Shown here: in pieces, positions 27,561-37,389 of the stretch
Layout: each line of letters begins with the position of its first letter
Numbering within the stretch: the stretch's first letter is position 1
Source: Candidatus Woesearchaeota archaeon
GTDB taxonomy: Archaea; Nanobdellota; Nanobdellia; Woesearchaeales; UBA10216
Length of the DNA: 64,000 bases
Assembly: GCA_016180085.1 (NCBI GenBank)
Contig: JACPBX010000003.1
Span: forward strand, 83,582 to 147,581
Reading direction: 5' to 3'
The notes under the pieces: generated by a model
What the model was told of the DNA's origin: nothing
The model's input: only the letters and a program-made list of their open reading frames with translations
Database searches by the model: none
Translations under genes and position numbers: made by a program

Positions 27561-28165
27561 TACTGTCTGCCGTGCTGGGAAGATTCAGAATGTTCCTGTA
27601 TCTTCTTCTGGAGGTAGTAAGTTACCAGGTGGTGCAGCATGTCGTGGCAGTCTTCAACCCTGCCGTAGTTGTTTGATCTGACGTGGACATGGTGGTCAAC
27701 TATGTTTTTCAGTTTCCCGCCGTCAAAGCCGAGGAAGGCTATTGTTTTTGCCTTGAATTTTTTTGCCAGCTCGACTGCCTTAATGACGTTTGGCGAGTTG
27801 CCGCTGCCGGTCAGCGCAATAACAACATCCCCTTCATTCACGTAGTGGTTGAGCTGCTGCGAGAAAACGTCGTCGTAGGAAAGGTCGTTTGCGAATGCCG
27901 TCATAGTTGCAACGTTGTCTGTCAGGGACATGACCCTGAAGCGCTTTTCCAGGTGGTCGTAGACCCTCTGGAGCGTGCCTTTTGCTATGTCGCAGGCGAA
28001 ATGCGATGCTGTTGCCGCGCTTCCTCCATTTCCGAATATGAATATCTGCTTGTCGTTCTTCCACGCATCGAAAAGCACGTCAACTACCTTCGTCACGTCT
28101 TCGGGCTTTATTGTGTCTATTTCTTTTTTCAGCTGTTCGATGTATGCTTTGACGAATTCAACCAT
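27560..28165 (-). CDS. gmhA: Phosphoheptose isomerase (SIS domain)
   Basis: GNGGSAATASH, TAFAND, GSGNSPNV, GFDGGKL, EDCH. Confidence 0.85.
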   Translation of the reverse strand: MVEFVKAYIEQLKKEIDTIKPEDVTKVVDVLFDAWKNDKQIFIFGNGGSAATASHFACDIAKGTLQRVYDHLEKRFRVMSLTDNVATMTAFANDLSYDDVFSQQLNHYVNEGDVVIALTGSGNSPNVIKAVELAKKFKAKTIAFLGFDGGKLKNIVDHHVHVRSNNYGRVEDCHDMLHHLVTYYLQKKIQEHSESSQHGRQ

Positions 28166-28209
28166 TTTTTGTCAGGCAGCCGGCAGAAAAGGTGCATATA
28201 AAAATTTTG

Positions 28210-29034
28210 TCATAGCCTTAGCCGCTGCGCTTTTCTGCTCGTTTCTTCCCAGTTTACCAGTGGTGCCATGAAGTCAGAGTGGCAGTGTGTTGCCAGTGAA
28301 GGCATGCTTCCAACCAGCTTCCTTTTTGGGGTGGCGAACCAGAATTGCTTTATTCCCTGCACAAAATGCCAGGCGTTCTGCTCCCAGTTTGGGTAGAGGT
28401 AGCCTAAGAAAAGCACAGCATTGACCAGTTTCCTGAAAGTGCCATCCCGCTTTTCAACCCCCAAGCTGAAGAGCCAGAACTTCCACCAGTCCTTCATGAA
28501 TGCCTCTGTCCTTCCTCCCCAGGTCATTGTTGCTGAGGAGACTGTGCGCCAGTGGTTGTATTTGCCAACATAAACCCGTGCCTCTTTCATGCCTTCTGTG
28601 CGTATGTTCGCATACCTGTCCGGGTGGTCGTAAAGGGTTGCGTAGTCTGCATTTTTCATGGTGTTTAAGGCGTCAAGCATTGAGACGAAGGCGTTGTCAA
28701 GGTAAAGGTAGTCGTCCTCCCCGAAGTAGATATAGCCTGTGTCCTGCTTCCTTGCAAGCCCGTATATGAACCTGCATGACTCGATGTTTCCCTTGCCTCC
28801 TGTGTCGAAAATCTTGCCGTATTTTTTCATTAGCGCGAGCCTGTCTTGCGGAATGGGTGAGTCGTTGCAGAAATAGAACGTTTTTTTGCACTCATTGCTG
28901 CTTAGCCTGTTTGCGGCGTTAAGGAAGCTTTTGAGGCAGGCAAGCTTCGAGAAGTATGGCGGCCTTTTCTTCCTCAGCATCTGCTCCCTGCTTTCATCTC
29001 CTACTGAGCGGTAAATGAATGTTATCGATTGCAT
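28210..29034 (-). CDS. Putative GT-A-fold glycosyltransferase
   Basis: RPPYFSK..CLKSF, YIYFGEDDYLY (EDD motif), LYDHPDRY, PSLATH. Start uncertain. Confidence 0.55.
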   Translation of the reverse strand: MQSITFIYRSVGDESREQMLRKKRPPYFSKLACLKSFLNAANRLSSNECKKTFYFCNDSPIPQDRLALMKKYGKIFDTGGKGNIESCRFIYGLARKQDTGYIYFGEDDYLYLDNAFVSMLDALNTMKNADYATLYDHPDRYANIRTEGMKEARVYVGKYNHWRTVSSATMTWGGRTEAFMKDWWKFWLFSLGVEKRDGTFRKLVNAVLFLGYLYPNWEQNAWHFVQGIKQFWFATPKRKLVGSMPSLATHCHSDFMAPLVNWEETSRKAQRLRL

Positions 29035-29134
29035 CCAGGCATGCAAGCTGGCTGCTGTTAAATATCTTTCGTTGCCATGCGATAGCACGCGACAGAAACA
29101 TTTAAAAACCTTCTGCCAGCAGCTCCTTTCCTGT

Positions 29135-30124
29135 ATGGCGAAGTTTAGGGTTCTGATTACGGGGGGAGCGGGCTTTATAGGCCATCATCTGGTTGAGGGA
29201 GTTCTGAAGGAAACAGATTGGGAAATCGTAATCATGGACCGGCTGGATGTTTCCGGAAGCCTGGAAAGGTTAAGGGATATATCCATCTGGGAAAGGGAAA
29301 AGCACCGGGTCAAGTTTATCTGGTGGGACTTAAAAGCGCCTGTTAACCAGATTGCAGCAAACCAGATAGGCAAGCTGGATTATATCTGGCATCTTGCTGC
29401 TTCAAGCCATGTAGATCGCAGCATTCAGGACCCATTGTCATTTGTAATGGACAACGTTGTTGGAACGTGCAATATCCTGAACTTTGCCAGGGAAATTAAG
29501 GGCTTAAAGCTGTTCATTTACTTCTCCACTGATGAAGTTTTCGGGCCTGCTCCGGAAGGGGTTCTCTATAAGGAATGGGACAGGTACAAGTCAGGAAACC
29601 CTTATGCTGCCACCAAGGCAGGGGCAGAGGAATTATGCGTGGCATTTGAAAACACCTATAAGCTTCCGATTATTGTGACCCATACTATGAATTGTTTTGG
29701 AGAGCGCCAGCATCCCGAAAAGTTTATCCCGATGTGCATCAGGAAAATCCTGAATGGCGAAACCGTGACAATCCATTCGGATAAAACCAAAACAAAGTCC
29801 GGCTCAAGGTTCTATATACATGCCAGAAATGTTGGCGAGGCATTGCTGTTCCTTACCAAAAAATGCCAAATCGGGGAGAAATACAACCTGGTTGGGGAAA
29901 GGGAAGTTTCAAATCTTGATTTGGCGAAGTTTATAGCCAAGGTAGTCGGGAAAGAGCTGAAGTATGAGATGGTGGATTTTCATTCTTCCAGGCCCGGGCA
30001 TGATTTAAGGTATGCGTTGGATGGCACAAAATTAAAGGAACTGGGCTTTGAATATCCTAAAACGTTTGAAGAATCCATGGCAAAAACAGTTAAGTGGACC
30101 TTGGAACACAAGGAATGGCTTTAA
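29135..30124 (+). CDS. rmlB: dTDP-glucose 4,6-dehydratase-like
   Basis: ITGGAGFIG, HLAASSHVDRS, STDEVFG, YAATK, RPGHDLRYA. Confidence 0.8.
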   Translation: MAKFRVLITGGAGFIGHHLVEGVLKETDWEIVIMDRLDVSGSLERLRDISIWEREKHRVKFIWWDLKAPVNQIAANQIGKLDYIWHLAASSHVDRSIQDPLSFVMDNVVGTCNILNFAREIKGLKLFIYFSTDEVFGPAPEGVLYKEWDRYKSGNPYAATKAGAEELCVAFENTYKLPIIVTHTMNCFGERQHPEKFIPMCIRKILNGETVTIHSDKTKTKSGSRFYIHARNVGEALLFLTKKCQIGEKYNLVGEREVSNLDLAKFIAKVVGKELKYEMVDFHSSRPGHDLRYALDGTKLKELGFEYPKTFEESMAKTVKWTLEHKEWL

Positions 30125-30148
30125 ACAAGTGTGCAATTCTCTGATGTA

Positions 30149-31615
30149 TTACTTTCTTCCCGTTATTCTTCCAAGCATAGTTTTTGTAAGGTTCAGCTCA
30201 TCCTTCCCTATGCCTTTCAGCATTGCGAGCACTGAGAAGTAGGCTGCCGCTGCGATTGGCACAACCATCAGGAGATGAAGCTGCTTAAGCGAGGTTATCA
30301 CAGCTGCCATTGCTGCGGCAGCTATTAGCGGCTTGTACAGGAGCCTTGGAAGGCTGAGGCCGTAGCCGTTTTTCGTGCAGTAATAGTAAAGCATCACTAC
30401 AGCAATAAGCTGTGTTGCGACTGCTGCTGCCGCTGCTCCGATGTAGCTGTACTTCGGTATCAGGAAAAGGTTTAGCGCGATGTTCACGCCAGCATACGCT
30501 GCTGTGACTCCTGTGAATATGTGCTGTTTGTTGATTGCGTTCATCAGGAAGCCCATGAGGTAGTGCAGGAATATGAGAGCCTCAGCCCAGATAAGGAGCC
30601 TCAGGACAGTAATTGATGCCGTGAAGCCGGGGCCGTAAAAAAGAAGTATGACCCTGTCCGCAATGAGGGTGAGGCCTATGGCAGAGGGTATTGCTGCAAC
30701 AAGTAAGTAGTAGAATGTTTTTTCATACAGCGCCTTAACAGACCCTTTTGCCTGGGCGTGCAGCCTGCTCATCGTGGGAAATGATGCAGTGACTATGACC
30801 AGGGGTATGAGCCTCAGCGCTTCTGTTATCTTGTAGGCTGCGCCATACCACCCTGTTGCGGCGAATCCCTGCATGGCGCTGAGCATTATCGTGTCTGCCC
30901 TTTGGTAAACCATTCTCAGGAAGCCCGCTGCCCAGAACTGCATTGAGTTTCTGACTATGTGCAGCACAACTGCCTTGTCAAACCTTGGCGCGAAGCTGAA
31001 GAACTTTTTCCTGACAATGTATGCGTTCGTGGCGAATGCCGCAAGCTGTGAAACTATGTATGCGAGTATAACGTACTTGAGGCCGTATCCTGAAACCAGC
31101 AGCCAGAGTCCTGCGCCTGTGAACAGCAGCCTTTCGAAAATCAGCAGCCCGGAATAGTACGAGCCTTTCTCATGTGACATGAAAACGCTCCTGAACGGCT
31201 CTGTCGCGAAGTTCAGCGCCATGCCCACTGTTGCCATGACTGTTATTAGGAGTGTTTCAGGCGTTATGAAATTCAGGAAGAACGCCGCTGTTGCCGCTAA
31301 TGTGCCTATGGCGAGTGCAAGCGGCGCCATCATGAGGCGCAGCCCCAGCACGTTGCTCAGGTAAGAGCTTGCCAGTGCCCTGTTCTTGGCCATCTCCCTG
31401 TTGATGTACATCGGTATGCCAAGGTCGATAAAGTTCAGTATGAGGTCTATGAATGCAAATGCGAAGGCGTAGGCGCCCAGCCCGATATTGCCAAGGTATC
31501 GCGCTATTGCAAATACTAACAGAAGAGAAAGGGCTCTGGTTGTTACCTCTCCCACGAACAGGAAGCCGGTATTGCCAATTACTATTTCGGAGTCTGTCCT
31601 GTGTTGCTCAGCCAT
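30149..31615 (-). CDS. Wzx/AglR-type (MOP) flippase
   Basis: More than 12 TM segments, ARYLG..GLGAYAFA, DTIML, GWYGAAY, FPTMSRL, LIPKYSYIGAA. Confidence 0.85.
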   Translation of the reverse strand: MAEQHRTDSEIVIGNTGFLFVGEVTTRALSLLLVFAIARYLGNIGLGAYAFAFAFIDLILNFIDLGIPMYINREMAKNRALASSYLSNVLGLRLMMAPLALAIGTLAATAAFFLNFITPETLLITVMATVGMALNFATEPFRSVFMSHEKGSYYSGLLIFERLLFTGAGLWLLVSGYGLKYVILAYIVSQLAAFATNAYIVRKKFFSFAPRFDKAVVLHIVRNSMQFWAAGFLRMVYQRADTIMLSAMQGFAATGWYGAAYKITEALRLIPLVIVTASFPTMSRLHAQAKGSVKALYEKTFYYLLVAAIPSAIGLTLIADRVILLFYGPGFTASITVLRLLIWAEALIFLHYLMGFLMNAINKQHIFTGVTAAYAGVNIALNLFLIPKYSYIGAAAAAVATQLIAVVMLYYYCTKNGYGLSLPRLLYKPLIAAAAMAAVITSLKQLHLLMVVPIAAAAYFSVLAMLKGIGKDELNLTKTMLGRITGRK

Positions 31616-32375
31616 TTTTATCGCTGTTTTCCGTTTTCTTTTTCCTGCCATTCAGCTTTATTTCCTTTTTTGCATTTTTGGCCAATGTTTCTTTTACGCA
31701 CAGCAGCTGGAAGGCGTATTCCGGATGGTTTCCTGTGAACAGCTGCGTTAAGTCTGAAAGCAGGCTCCAGGCAAATTTAGGCTTTAGCCTTATCGCAGCA
31801 TAAGCCCCCCTTAGGGGTTTCCAGCCGTTGATGCCTGTGACTTTGTAGCCAAGCCTTTTCATCTCTTCTGCGTTCCATCCTGACTTGTGAAGCTGCCACG
31901 GGTTGCTCTCAAACTCGCCTTGCGGCAGGAAGCCGTTTGGCGTGAACACAATCACTTTTTCCCTTGCAATTTTTTCCATCATTGCCAAAAGCCTTAGTCC
32001 CTCCTCTTTGGTTAGGTGCTCTATGGCGTCTGAGGCAAGCACGCAGTCGAAAGAGTTCGGCTTGAATTTTCTTCCTATTTCGAGTATGTCCATCTTATAA
32101 TACCTGTCGTGTATGCCTTCTGCCTTGCTTTTCCTGATGCTTGGCTCAAACGCGTCCACGCCAACGCAGTATGGTTTATTGGAGAAATGCCTGACTGGTG
32201 AGTTCTCCCCGCAGCCAACATCAAGCAGTGTATAGGCGGCATTCGGCCGCCTATACGCATCGGCTTTTGCCGATGCTGTTTTGCAGCCTCCAACTGCTTT
32301 TTCAAGCTCTTTTGGGTAGTCCGGGAATATTTTCCTGTATATCGACTTAGCGATGCTGTTGTGCAGGTTTACCAT
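31608..32375 (-). CDS. Class I SAM-dependent methyltransferase
   Basis: LLDVGCG, FDCVLASDAIEHL, TPNG. Start at MVNLHN chosen to avoid the long overlap with the upstream gene. Confidence 0.8.
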   Translation of the reverse strand: MVNLHNSIAKSIYRKIFPDYPKELEKAVGGCKTASAKADAYRRPNAAYTLLDVGCGENSPVRHFSNKPYCVGVDAFEPSIRKSKAEGIHDRYYKMDILEIGRKFKPNSFDCVLASDAIEHLTKEEGLRLLAMMEKIAREKVIVFTPNGFLPQGEFESNPWQLHKSGWNAEEMKRLGYKVTGINGWKPLRGAYAAIRLKPKFAWSLLSDLTQLFTGNHPEYAFQLLCVKETLAKNAKKEIKLNGRKKKTENSDKNG

Positions 32376-33289
32376 GGCATCTTTCCGGAAAGGCTTTTCC
32401 TGTACATAATGCCTTGAATAAAGCCCAAAATTGCGGCTTTCGCGGCTGCGCTGTCCCTCTTCAGCAGCTTGTACGCTACAAGGGCTGCCAGCTCTGCAAG
32501 GTAAAAGGCGGCGAAGCTTGGCCAATGGCACCATCTTGCATTCTTCCGCATGAATATTAGCCTGTTTCTCATATTTTGCCTTATCATGAGCGGGCTCCCC
32601 TTCCTGATTGATGCGGACACCTTATGCCATATTTTTGAGGCTGGCACGACTTTTATGCCGTAGCCCTGCCTTTTTGCCCTTGTGCAGAAGTCAGCCTCTT
32701 CATAGTAGAGGAAGAAGTATGCGTCCAGGACTCCGATTTTTTCAAATACTTCCCTTCTCACAAGCATTGCGCATCCTGAGCCGTAATCTGTATCTGTGAC
32801 TTCTTTGAACTGGCCTTTGTCAATCTCGTTGAGGTGCTGGTGCCTTGCATCCCCATGCCAGAAGTTGAACGAAGCTCCGGCATACCAGACCCTTTTTGGC
32901 TCGTCATAATAGTATATTAGCGGCGACACTATGCCTGCCCGCTTGTCCCTTTCAGCTTCGGCAACGAGGTGGCCGAGGAACTCCTGATGGACTACAGTGT
33001 CATTGTTCAGCAGCAGGATATAGTCTGCCTTATCCTCAAGCGCGCGCCTTATCCCGACGTTGTTGCCTTCTGCGAAGCCGAGGTTTTTGCTGTTCTCTAT
33101 CAGCGTGAAGCTAAAGCCTTTTTTCCTGAGCGCCTTCAGCTTTGGCGCATCATTTGCCGAGCCGTTGTCAACCACAACAATTTTGAAATTTTGGTAGCTT
33201 ATCTTTTCCAGCGACTCAAGGCAGTCTTTTGTCAGATCGTAGTTGTTCCAGTTCAGCAGAATTATGCTGACAAGCGGCTTTCGCATCAT
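32369..33289 (-). CDS. GT2 glycosyltransferase (rhamnosyltransferase-like)
   Basis: ILLNWN, DNGS, NLGFAEGNN, LLNND, YFFLYYEEAD, IWHK. Confidence 0.9.
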   Translation of the reverse strand: MMRKPLVSIILLNWNNYDLTKDCLESLEKISYQNFKIVVVDNGSANDAPKLKALRKKGFSFTLIENSKNLGFAEGNNVGIRRALEDKADYILLLNNDTVVHQEFLGHLVAEAERDKRAGIVSPLIYYYDEPKRVWYAGASFNFWHGDARHQHLNEIDKGQFKEVTDTDYGSGCAMLVRREVFEKIGVLDAYFFLYYEEADFCTRAKRQGYGIKVVPASKIWHKVSASIRKGSPLMIRQNMRNRLIFMRKNARWCHWPSFAAFYLAELAALVAYKLLKRDSAAAKAAILGFIQGIMYRKSLSGKMPW

Positions 33290-33334
33290 GCCAATAAAAA
33301 TTTCGGCTTGTTTTTAATGCTTTCCTTGATACTG

Positions 33335-34726
33335 TCAAGACCCGATTAGGGCCCTGATGAGGGTTCCCGGTATCTCTGAAAGGGGCACTTTTGATGTGAC
33401 CTCCTTCAGCATTACAGCGAGCATGTTCACGAAGTTAGCAGCCACAAGTATGGCTACTGCCGCATAGACCGGCTTCATCCCGGCTTTTATCCTTGCAATC
33501 CTGATGAGCTCTGCTGTTCCAAGGGCGAAGAAGACACTCATCCCAAGCAAAAATCTCAGCCCGTAGCCGTTTAGCCATGCCGACCAGCTCGTGGTCAGCA
33601 ACAGCTGTGCTGCAACAGGCACGAGGAAGTACCATGCCGCTCCCTTTATCCTTTTTGCAAACAGGAACAGCCCCACCATTGAGAGCGGCAGGAGAGGCAC
33701 CCTCCACAGGCCTGCCTCTGTCGAAAGCAACAGTGGCAGCAGCTGCGGAGCTGTCCACTGGTAGAAATTGTATTTGACTGAGCTGGCGTAGGTGTTCACA
33801 ATGTAGCTTCCGTACATTTCTTTCCACAGGAGCATCTGCGGGAAGATCATTCCAAGGAAGCCAATGCCAAGCAGGCCAGAGTTAATGACGGTTTTCCTTA
33901 AGTTGGCAAAGCTGAGTTTTCCCGCCAGGCTTTTGAGCAGCTCGAGTCCGGGCAAAAACCCTATCAGCGCGTCCTGCTGCCTGATAAGGTAAACAAGCCC
34001 AAGGAGCACTCCAAGAAGCAGCCATTGCAGCTTTGTCCTTTTCCCCAGCCCCAGCGTGGTGTACCAGATGTACACAAACAATGTGACTGTAAGCATTGAG
34101 TTGATGTGTGACATGCTTGGCTCAATGCTCTGGTACCAGAAAAAGGCTGTTCCGTACCAAACCGCGACAGTGGCAAGCAGGGCTGTTTTTTTCTCGAACC
34201 ATTTTCTGCATAGCTTGTAAATCAGCAATGCCCCCAGAAGCCCGTAAACAAGGCTTGCAATGCCAATGCCCGCCTCATACAGGAAGCCAAAGCCATCTGC
34301 CCTTACATGGAGTCCGGCAATGTTCAAAAGCAGCGCAAGCGCATGCGCGGCCAAAAAGAAGGGGGCCCACATTATGGCATTTCCTATCAGGTAAATATTC
34401 TCCAGGTAACCTTTTTTTGTTTTCACTGATGGAATATTCTCAACCCTCTGGATGGCTGAGAACTTGCTGTAAGTGGTGTTATAATAAGTCCATTCGTTAG
34501 TGAAATTGATGTCCTTGTCAATTACCATTGACCTCAGGTATGAGTAATAGCCCCTGCCGTCATTATATACGACAAACCCCGTTACCATATAATGAAGAAT
34601 CATTATCACAGCAACAGGCACCAAAAACACCAGCATAAGCTTGGTTTCAGCGCTTATTCTCCCCATGCGCATGAACACCTCCGGATTATTTAAAAAGTTT
34701 TTTCTCACAGAAAGATATTTAAACAA
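33335..34726 (-). CDS. GT-C-like multi-pass membrane protein
   Basis: First-loop NDGRGYYSYLRS, EPSMSH, LIRQQD, GLRF. The start may be ~34672. Confidence 0.65.
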   Translation of the reverse strand: MFKYLSVRKNFLNNPEVFMRMGRISAETKLMLVFLVPVAVIMILHYMVTGFVVYNDGRGYYSYLRSMVIDKDINFTNEWTYYNTTYSKFSAIQRVENIPSVKTKKGYLENIYLIGNAIMWAPFFLAAHALALLLNIAGLHVRADGFGFLYEAGIGIASLVYGLLGALLIYKLCRKWFEKKTALLATVAVWYGTAFFWYQSIEPSMSHINSMLTVTLFVYIWYTTLGLGKRTKLQWLLLGVLLGLVYLIRQQDALIGFLPGLELLKSLAGKLSFANLRKTVINSGLLGIGFLGMIFPQMLLWKEMYGSYIVNTYASSVKYNFYQWTAPQLLPLLLSTEAGLWRVPLLPLSMVGLFLFAKRIKGAAWYFLVPVAAQLLLTTSWSAWLNGYGLRFLLGMSVFFALGTAELIRIARIKAGMKPVYAAVAILVAANFVNMLAVMLKEVTSKVPLSEIPGTLIRALIGS

Positions 34727-34747
34727 TCTGTCAGAGGCTTTTTTATC

Positions 34748-35452
34748 ATGAAGCTGTCAATTATTATGCCGGTTTATAACGAAGCCCGCTATATAGATAA
34801 AATCCTTGCCAAGATTTTTTCAGTGGAGCTCGGTAATGTGGAAAAGGAAATAATAGTTGTTGACGATTTTTCAACTGATGGCAGCCGCGAAAAGCTTGCA
34901 GAACTTGCCAAAGCCAAGCATGAGGACGTGAGGGTTGTTCTTCATGACAGGAACAAAGGCAAGGGCAGTGCCCTGAGGACAGGGCTGGCTTATTCTACCG
35001 GCGATATTGTGCTTTTTCAGGATGCTGACCTTGAATATGACCCCCAGGATTATGAAAAGCTCATTCAGCCCATTATTGAAAACCGCGCTGATGTTGTTTA
35101 CGGCTCGCGTTTCCTTGGCTCGACATGGCGCAATAAGCTTGCGTTGCCAACCCACTTTTTGGGAAACAAGATTTTAAGCCTTCTCACAACCCTCTTTTAC
35201 CGGAAGTGGATCAGTGACATGGAAACAGGGTATAAGGTTTTCAGGAGCAGCGTTATAAAGGGCCTTAGCCTGACTGCCCGGCGTTTTGAGATTGAGCCGG
35301 AGATAACTGCAAAGCTTTTAAAAAAGAACGTCAGGCTGTGTGAAGTGCCGGTTAGCTATTCTGCCCGCAAGTTTAGCGAGGGAAAGAAGATTACGTGGAA
35401 GGATGGCGTTAAGGCTGCATGGTGGCTGGTGAAGTGCAGGTTTAAGGGTTGA
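34748..35452 (+). CDS. GT2 glycosyltransferase (DPM1-like)
   Basis: MPVYNE, DDFSTDG, GKGSA, DADLEYDP, DMETGYK, RFEIEPE. Confidence 0.9.
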   Translation: MKLSIIMPVYNEARYIDKILAKIFSVELGNVEKEIIVVDDFSTDGSREKLAELAKAKHEDVRVVLHDRNKGKGSALRTGLAYSTGDIVLFQDADLEYDPQDYEKLIQPIIENRADVVYGSRFLGSTWRNKLALPTHFLGNKILSLLTTLFYRKWISDMETGYKVFRSSVIKGLSLTARRFEIEPEITAKLLKKNVRLCEVPVSYSARKFSEGKKITWKDGVKAAWWLVKCRFKG

Positions 35453-36201
35453 GGTGCTGGGGTCTTCTGCAAATGGCAACGCGTTACTCTGACGCAGGGT
35501 ATGAAATCATTGACTGCATACACGTGGCTCAGCGCTTTGTCAGCTGGATGTACGCCGTGGTAAGGCCCCATCTTTACGGGAACATCCTGGAAATAGGTTC
35601 GGGAAGAGGCACATACTCTGAGAGGCTTACAAGGGATTTTCCCGGCAGTAAGCTGATTTTTTCCGACATAGATCCCGATTATGTCAGGCAGTTAAGGCAA
35701 AAGTTCCGGTCAAACAAGGATGTGACTGTGCTTCTGCTTGACATGGGGAAGCCCGCTGATTACGGGAAAATCCGCCAGAGGGTCGACTCTGTTTTCGCTT
35801 TAAACGTCCTTGAGCATATTAAAGACGATGTCGCAGCTTTGAAGCACATTTATGGCATTCTGCCAAAAAACGGCAGATGCGTTATCTTAGTCCCAGCCCA
35901 TAAGATGCTTTACAACACAATTGATGTTGCACTCCGCCACTACCGCCGTTATTCGAAAAGAGAGGTCGTGGAAAAGGCGAAGCTGGCGAATTTCCGTATC
36001 AGGCACTTGTCCTATTTCAATTTCGTGGCAGTGCTTGGCTGGTTTGTTAATGGCAATCTGATGAGGAAAAAAGTTTTCAGCTATACCGGCATGCAAACGC
36101 TTAATGCCCTGGTCCCTGTGCTGCAGTTCATTGAAAAGCACATTTTGAGGAATAGCTTCGGGATTTCCATACTTGCCGTGCTTGAAAAGCCTGGCGATTA
36201 A
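35449..36201 (+). CDS. Class I SAM-dependent methyltransferase
   Basis: LEIGSGRG, NVLEHIKDD, VPAH, HYRRY. Overlaps the GT2 stop (TTGA). Confidence 0.8.
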   Translation: MRCWGLLQMATRYSDAGYEIIDCIHVAQRFVSWMYAVVRPHLYGNILEIGSGRGTYSERLTRDFPGSKLIFSDIDPDYVRQLRQKFRSNKDVTVLLLDMGKPADYGKIRQRVDSVFALNVLEHIKDDVAALKHIYGILPKNGRCVILVPAHKMLYNTIDVALRHYRRYSKREVVEKAKLANFRIRHLSYFNFVAVLGWFVNGNLMRKKVFSYTGMQTLNALVPVLQFIEKHILRNSFGISILAVLEKPGD

Positions 36202-37343
36202 GTTGGGGAGGATTCTTCTGCAAGATCATCTGCAATTTTCTCTGCCAGTTCCGCCTTCCTTCTTTTTTCCTCTTCAATCACGCCATGGGTCTCGTAATAT
36301 TCCTGCAGCGTTTCATCGTAAATTTCAGCATGCCTTTTTGCGATTTTTTCAAGGTTGGCATCCTGCCGGTATTTTTCCACTCCTCTCTGGTAAATGCCGT
36401 AGCTGCTGTGCACCTTCCTTATCCCGGCTGCTATCGCTTTTGGGCTGCGTGGCTCAACAACAACCCCGCATCTGAACTCTTTCACTATTTCTGCAAGTGC
36501 GCCTACGTCACTAACCACAACCGGTATTCCATAGGCAAACGCATTATGCAGTGTTCCTGACTGGTAAGGCGCCCAGATATAGGGGAAAACCATTATGTCT
36601 GCCTTATCAAGGTATTTCAGTTTCTCATTTTCAGGCACCCACCTTATGTCGAGCCTTACATTGCCCAGCTTGTTCTCTGAAGCGCTTTCCCTCAGCAGAT
36701 TTTCGTAGTCTGCCGTTACTGCCTTTCCTGCAATAGTAAGGTTGAAGCCTGGCAGCTCATTCATCGCCCTTATGAGGTATTCAGCTCCCTTGCCGTGGCT
36801 GAGCATTCCGAATAGCAGAATGTTTTTGCCTTTGGTGATGTGCATTGGCATAAGCTTTGTGATGAGGTGGTGGTAAACTGCATATGCCTGCTTTTTCTTG
36901 TACTTTAGCTGCAGGAACTCCTTCTGCTGCCTTGTGTGCGCTATGGCTGCAGACGCTTTTTTTGTTATCCACTTCTGCAGGAAGGACAGCGCTTTTTCCT
37001 TTAGCGTTTCTGTTGCTGTATGCACCTCATGGAACGTCACCACAACCGGGACTTTTTGGCTTAGCGCCACGAGGAGGTTGAGGTTCAGCGTCAGCTTTCC
37101 GAAATGGGGTGCTATGTATTGTATGTGCAGCAGGTCAAGCTTCTCTTCTTCGGCTATCCGCTTCAGCTGCGATTTCAAGGAGAACGACTTGAAATCAATC
37201 CTGTGGTGCGCTGTTGTTGACTCCCTGTCCCCAATCTTTACTACTGTGATGCCCGCCTCTTCAAGCCCCTCGCACAGGGCCGCAGAGTAAAGCGCTATGC
37301 CGTCCTGCTGCTCAGGGTATTTGCTTACCATTCCGATTTTCAT
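36198..37343 (-). CDS. GT4 glycosyltransferase
   Basis: DGIALYS, HIQY, FGMLSHGKG, FPY...QSGTLHNAFAYGIPVVVSDVG. Confidence 0.85.
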   Translation of the reverse strand: MKIGMVSKYPEQQDGIALYSAALCEGLEEAGITVVKIGDRESTTAHHRIDFKSFSLKSQLKRIAEEEKLDLLHIQYIAPHFGKLTLNLNLLVALSQKVPVVVTFHEVHTATETLKEKALSFLQKWITKKASAAIAHTRQQKEFLQLKYKKKQAYAVYHHLITKLMPMHITKGKNILLFGMLSHGKGAEYLIRAMNELPGFNLTIAGKAVTADYENLLRESASENKLGNVRLDIRWVPENEKLKYLDKADIMVFPYIWAPYQSGTLHNAFAYGIPVVVSDVGALAEIVKEFRCGVVVEPRSPKAIAAGIRKVHSSYGIYQRGVEKYRQDANLEKIAKRHAEIYDETLQEYYETHGVIEEEKRRKAELAEKIADDLAEESSPT

Positions 37344-37389
37344 TTTTGGTTTCCCTTGCTTTCCCCTTTTCCCCTGCCTTTTCCGCTTT

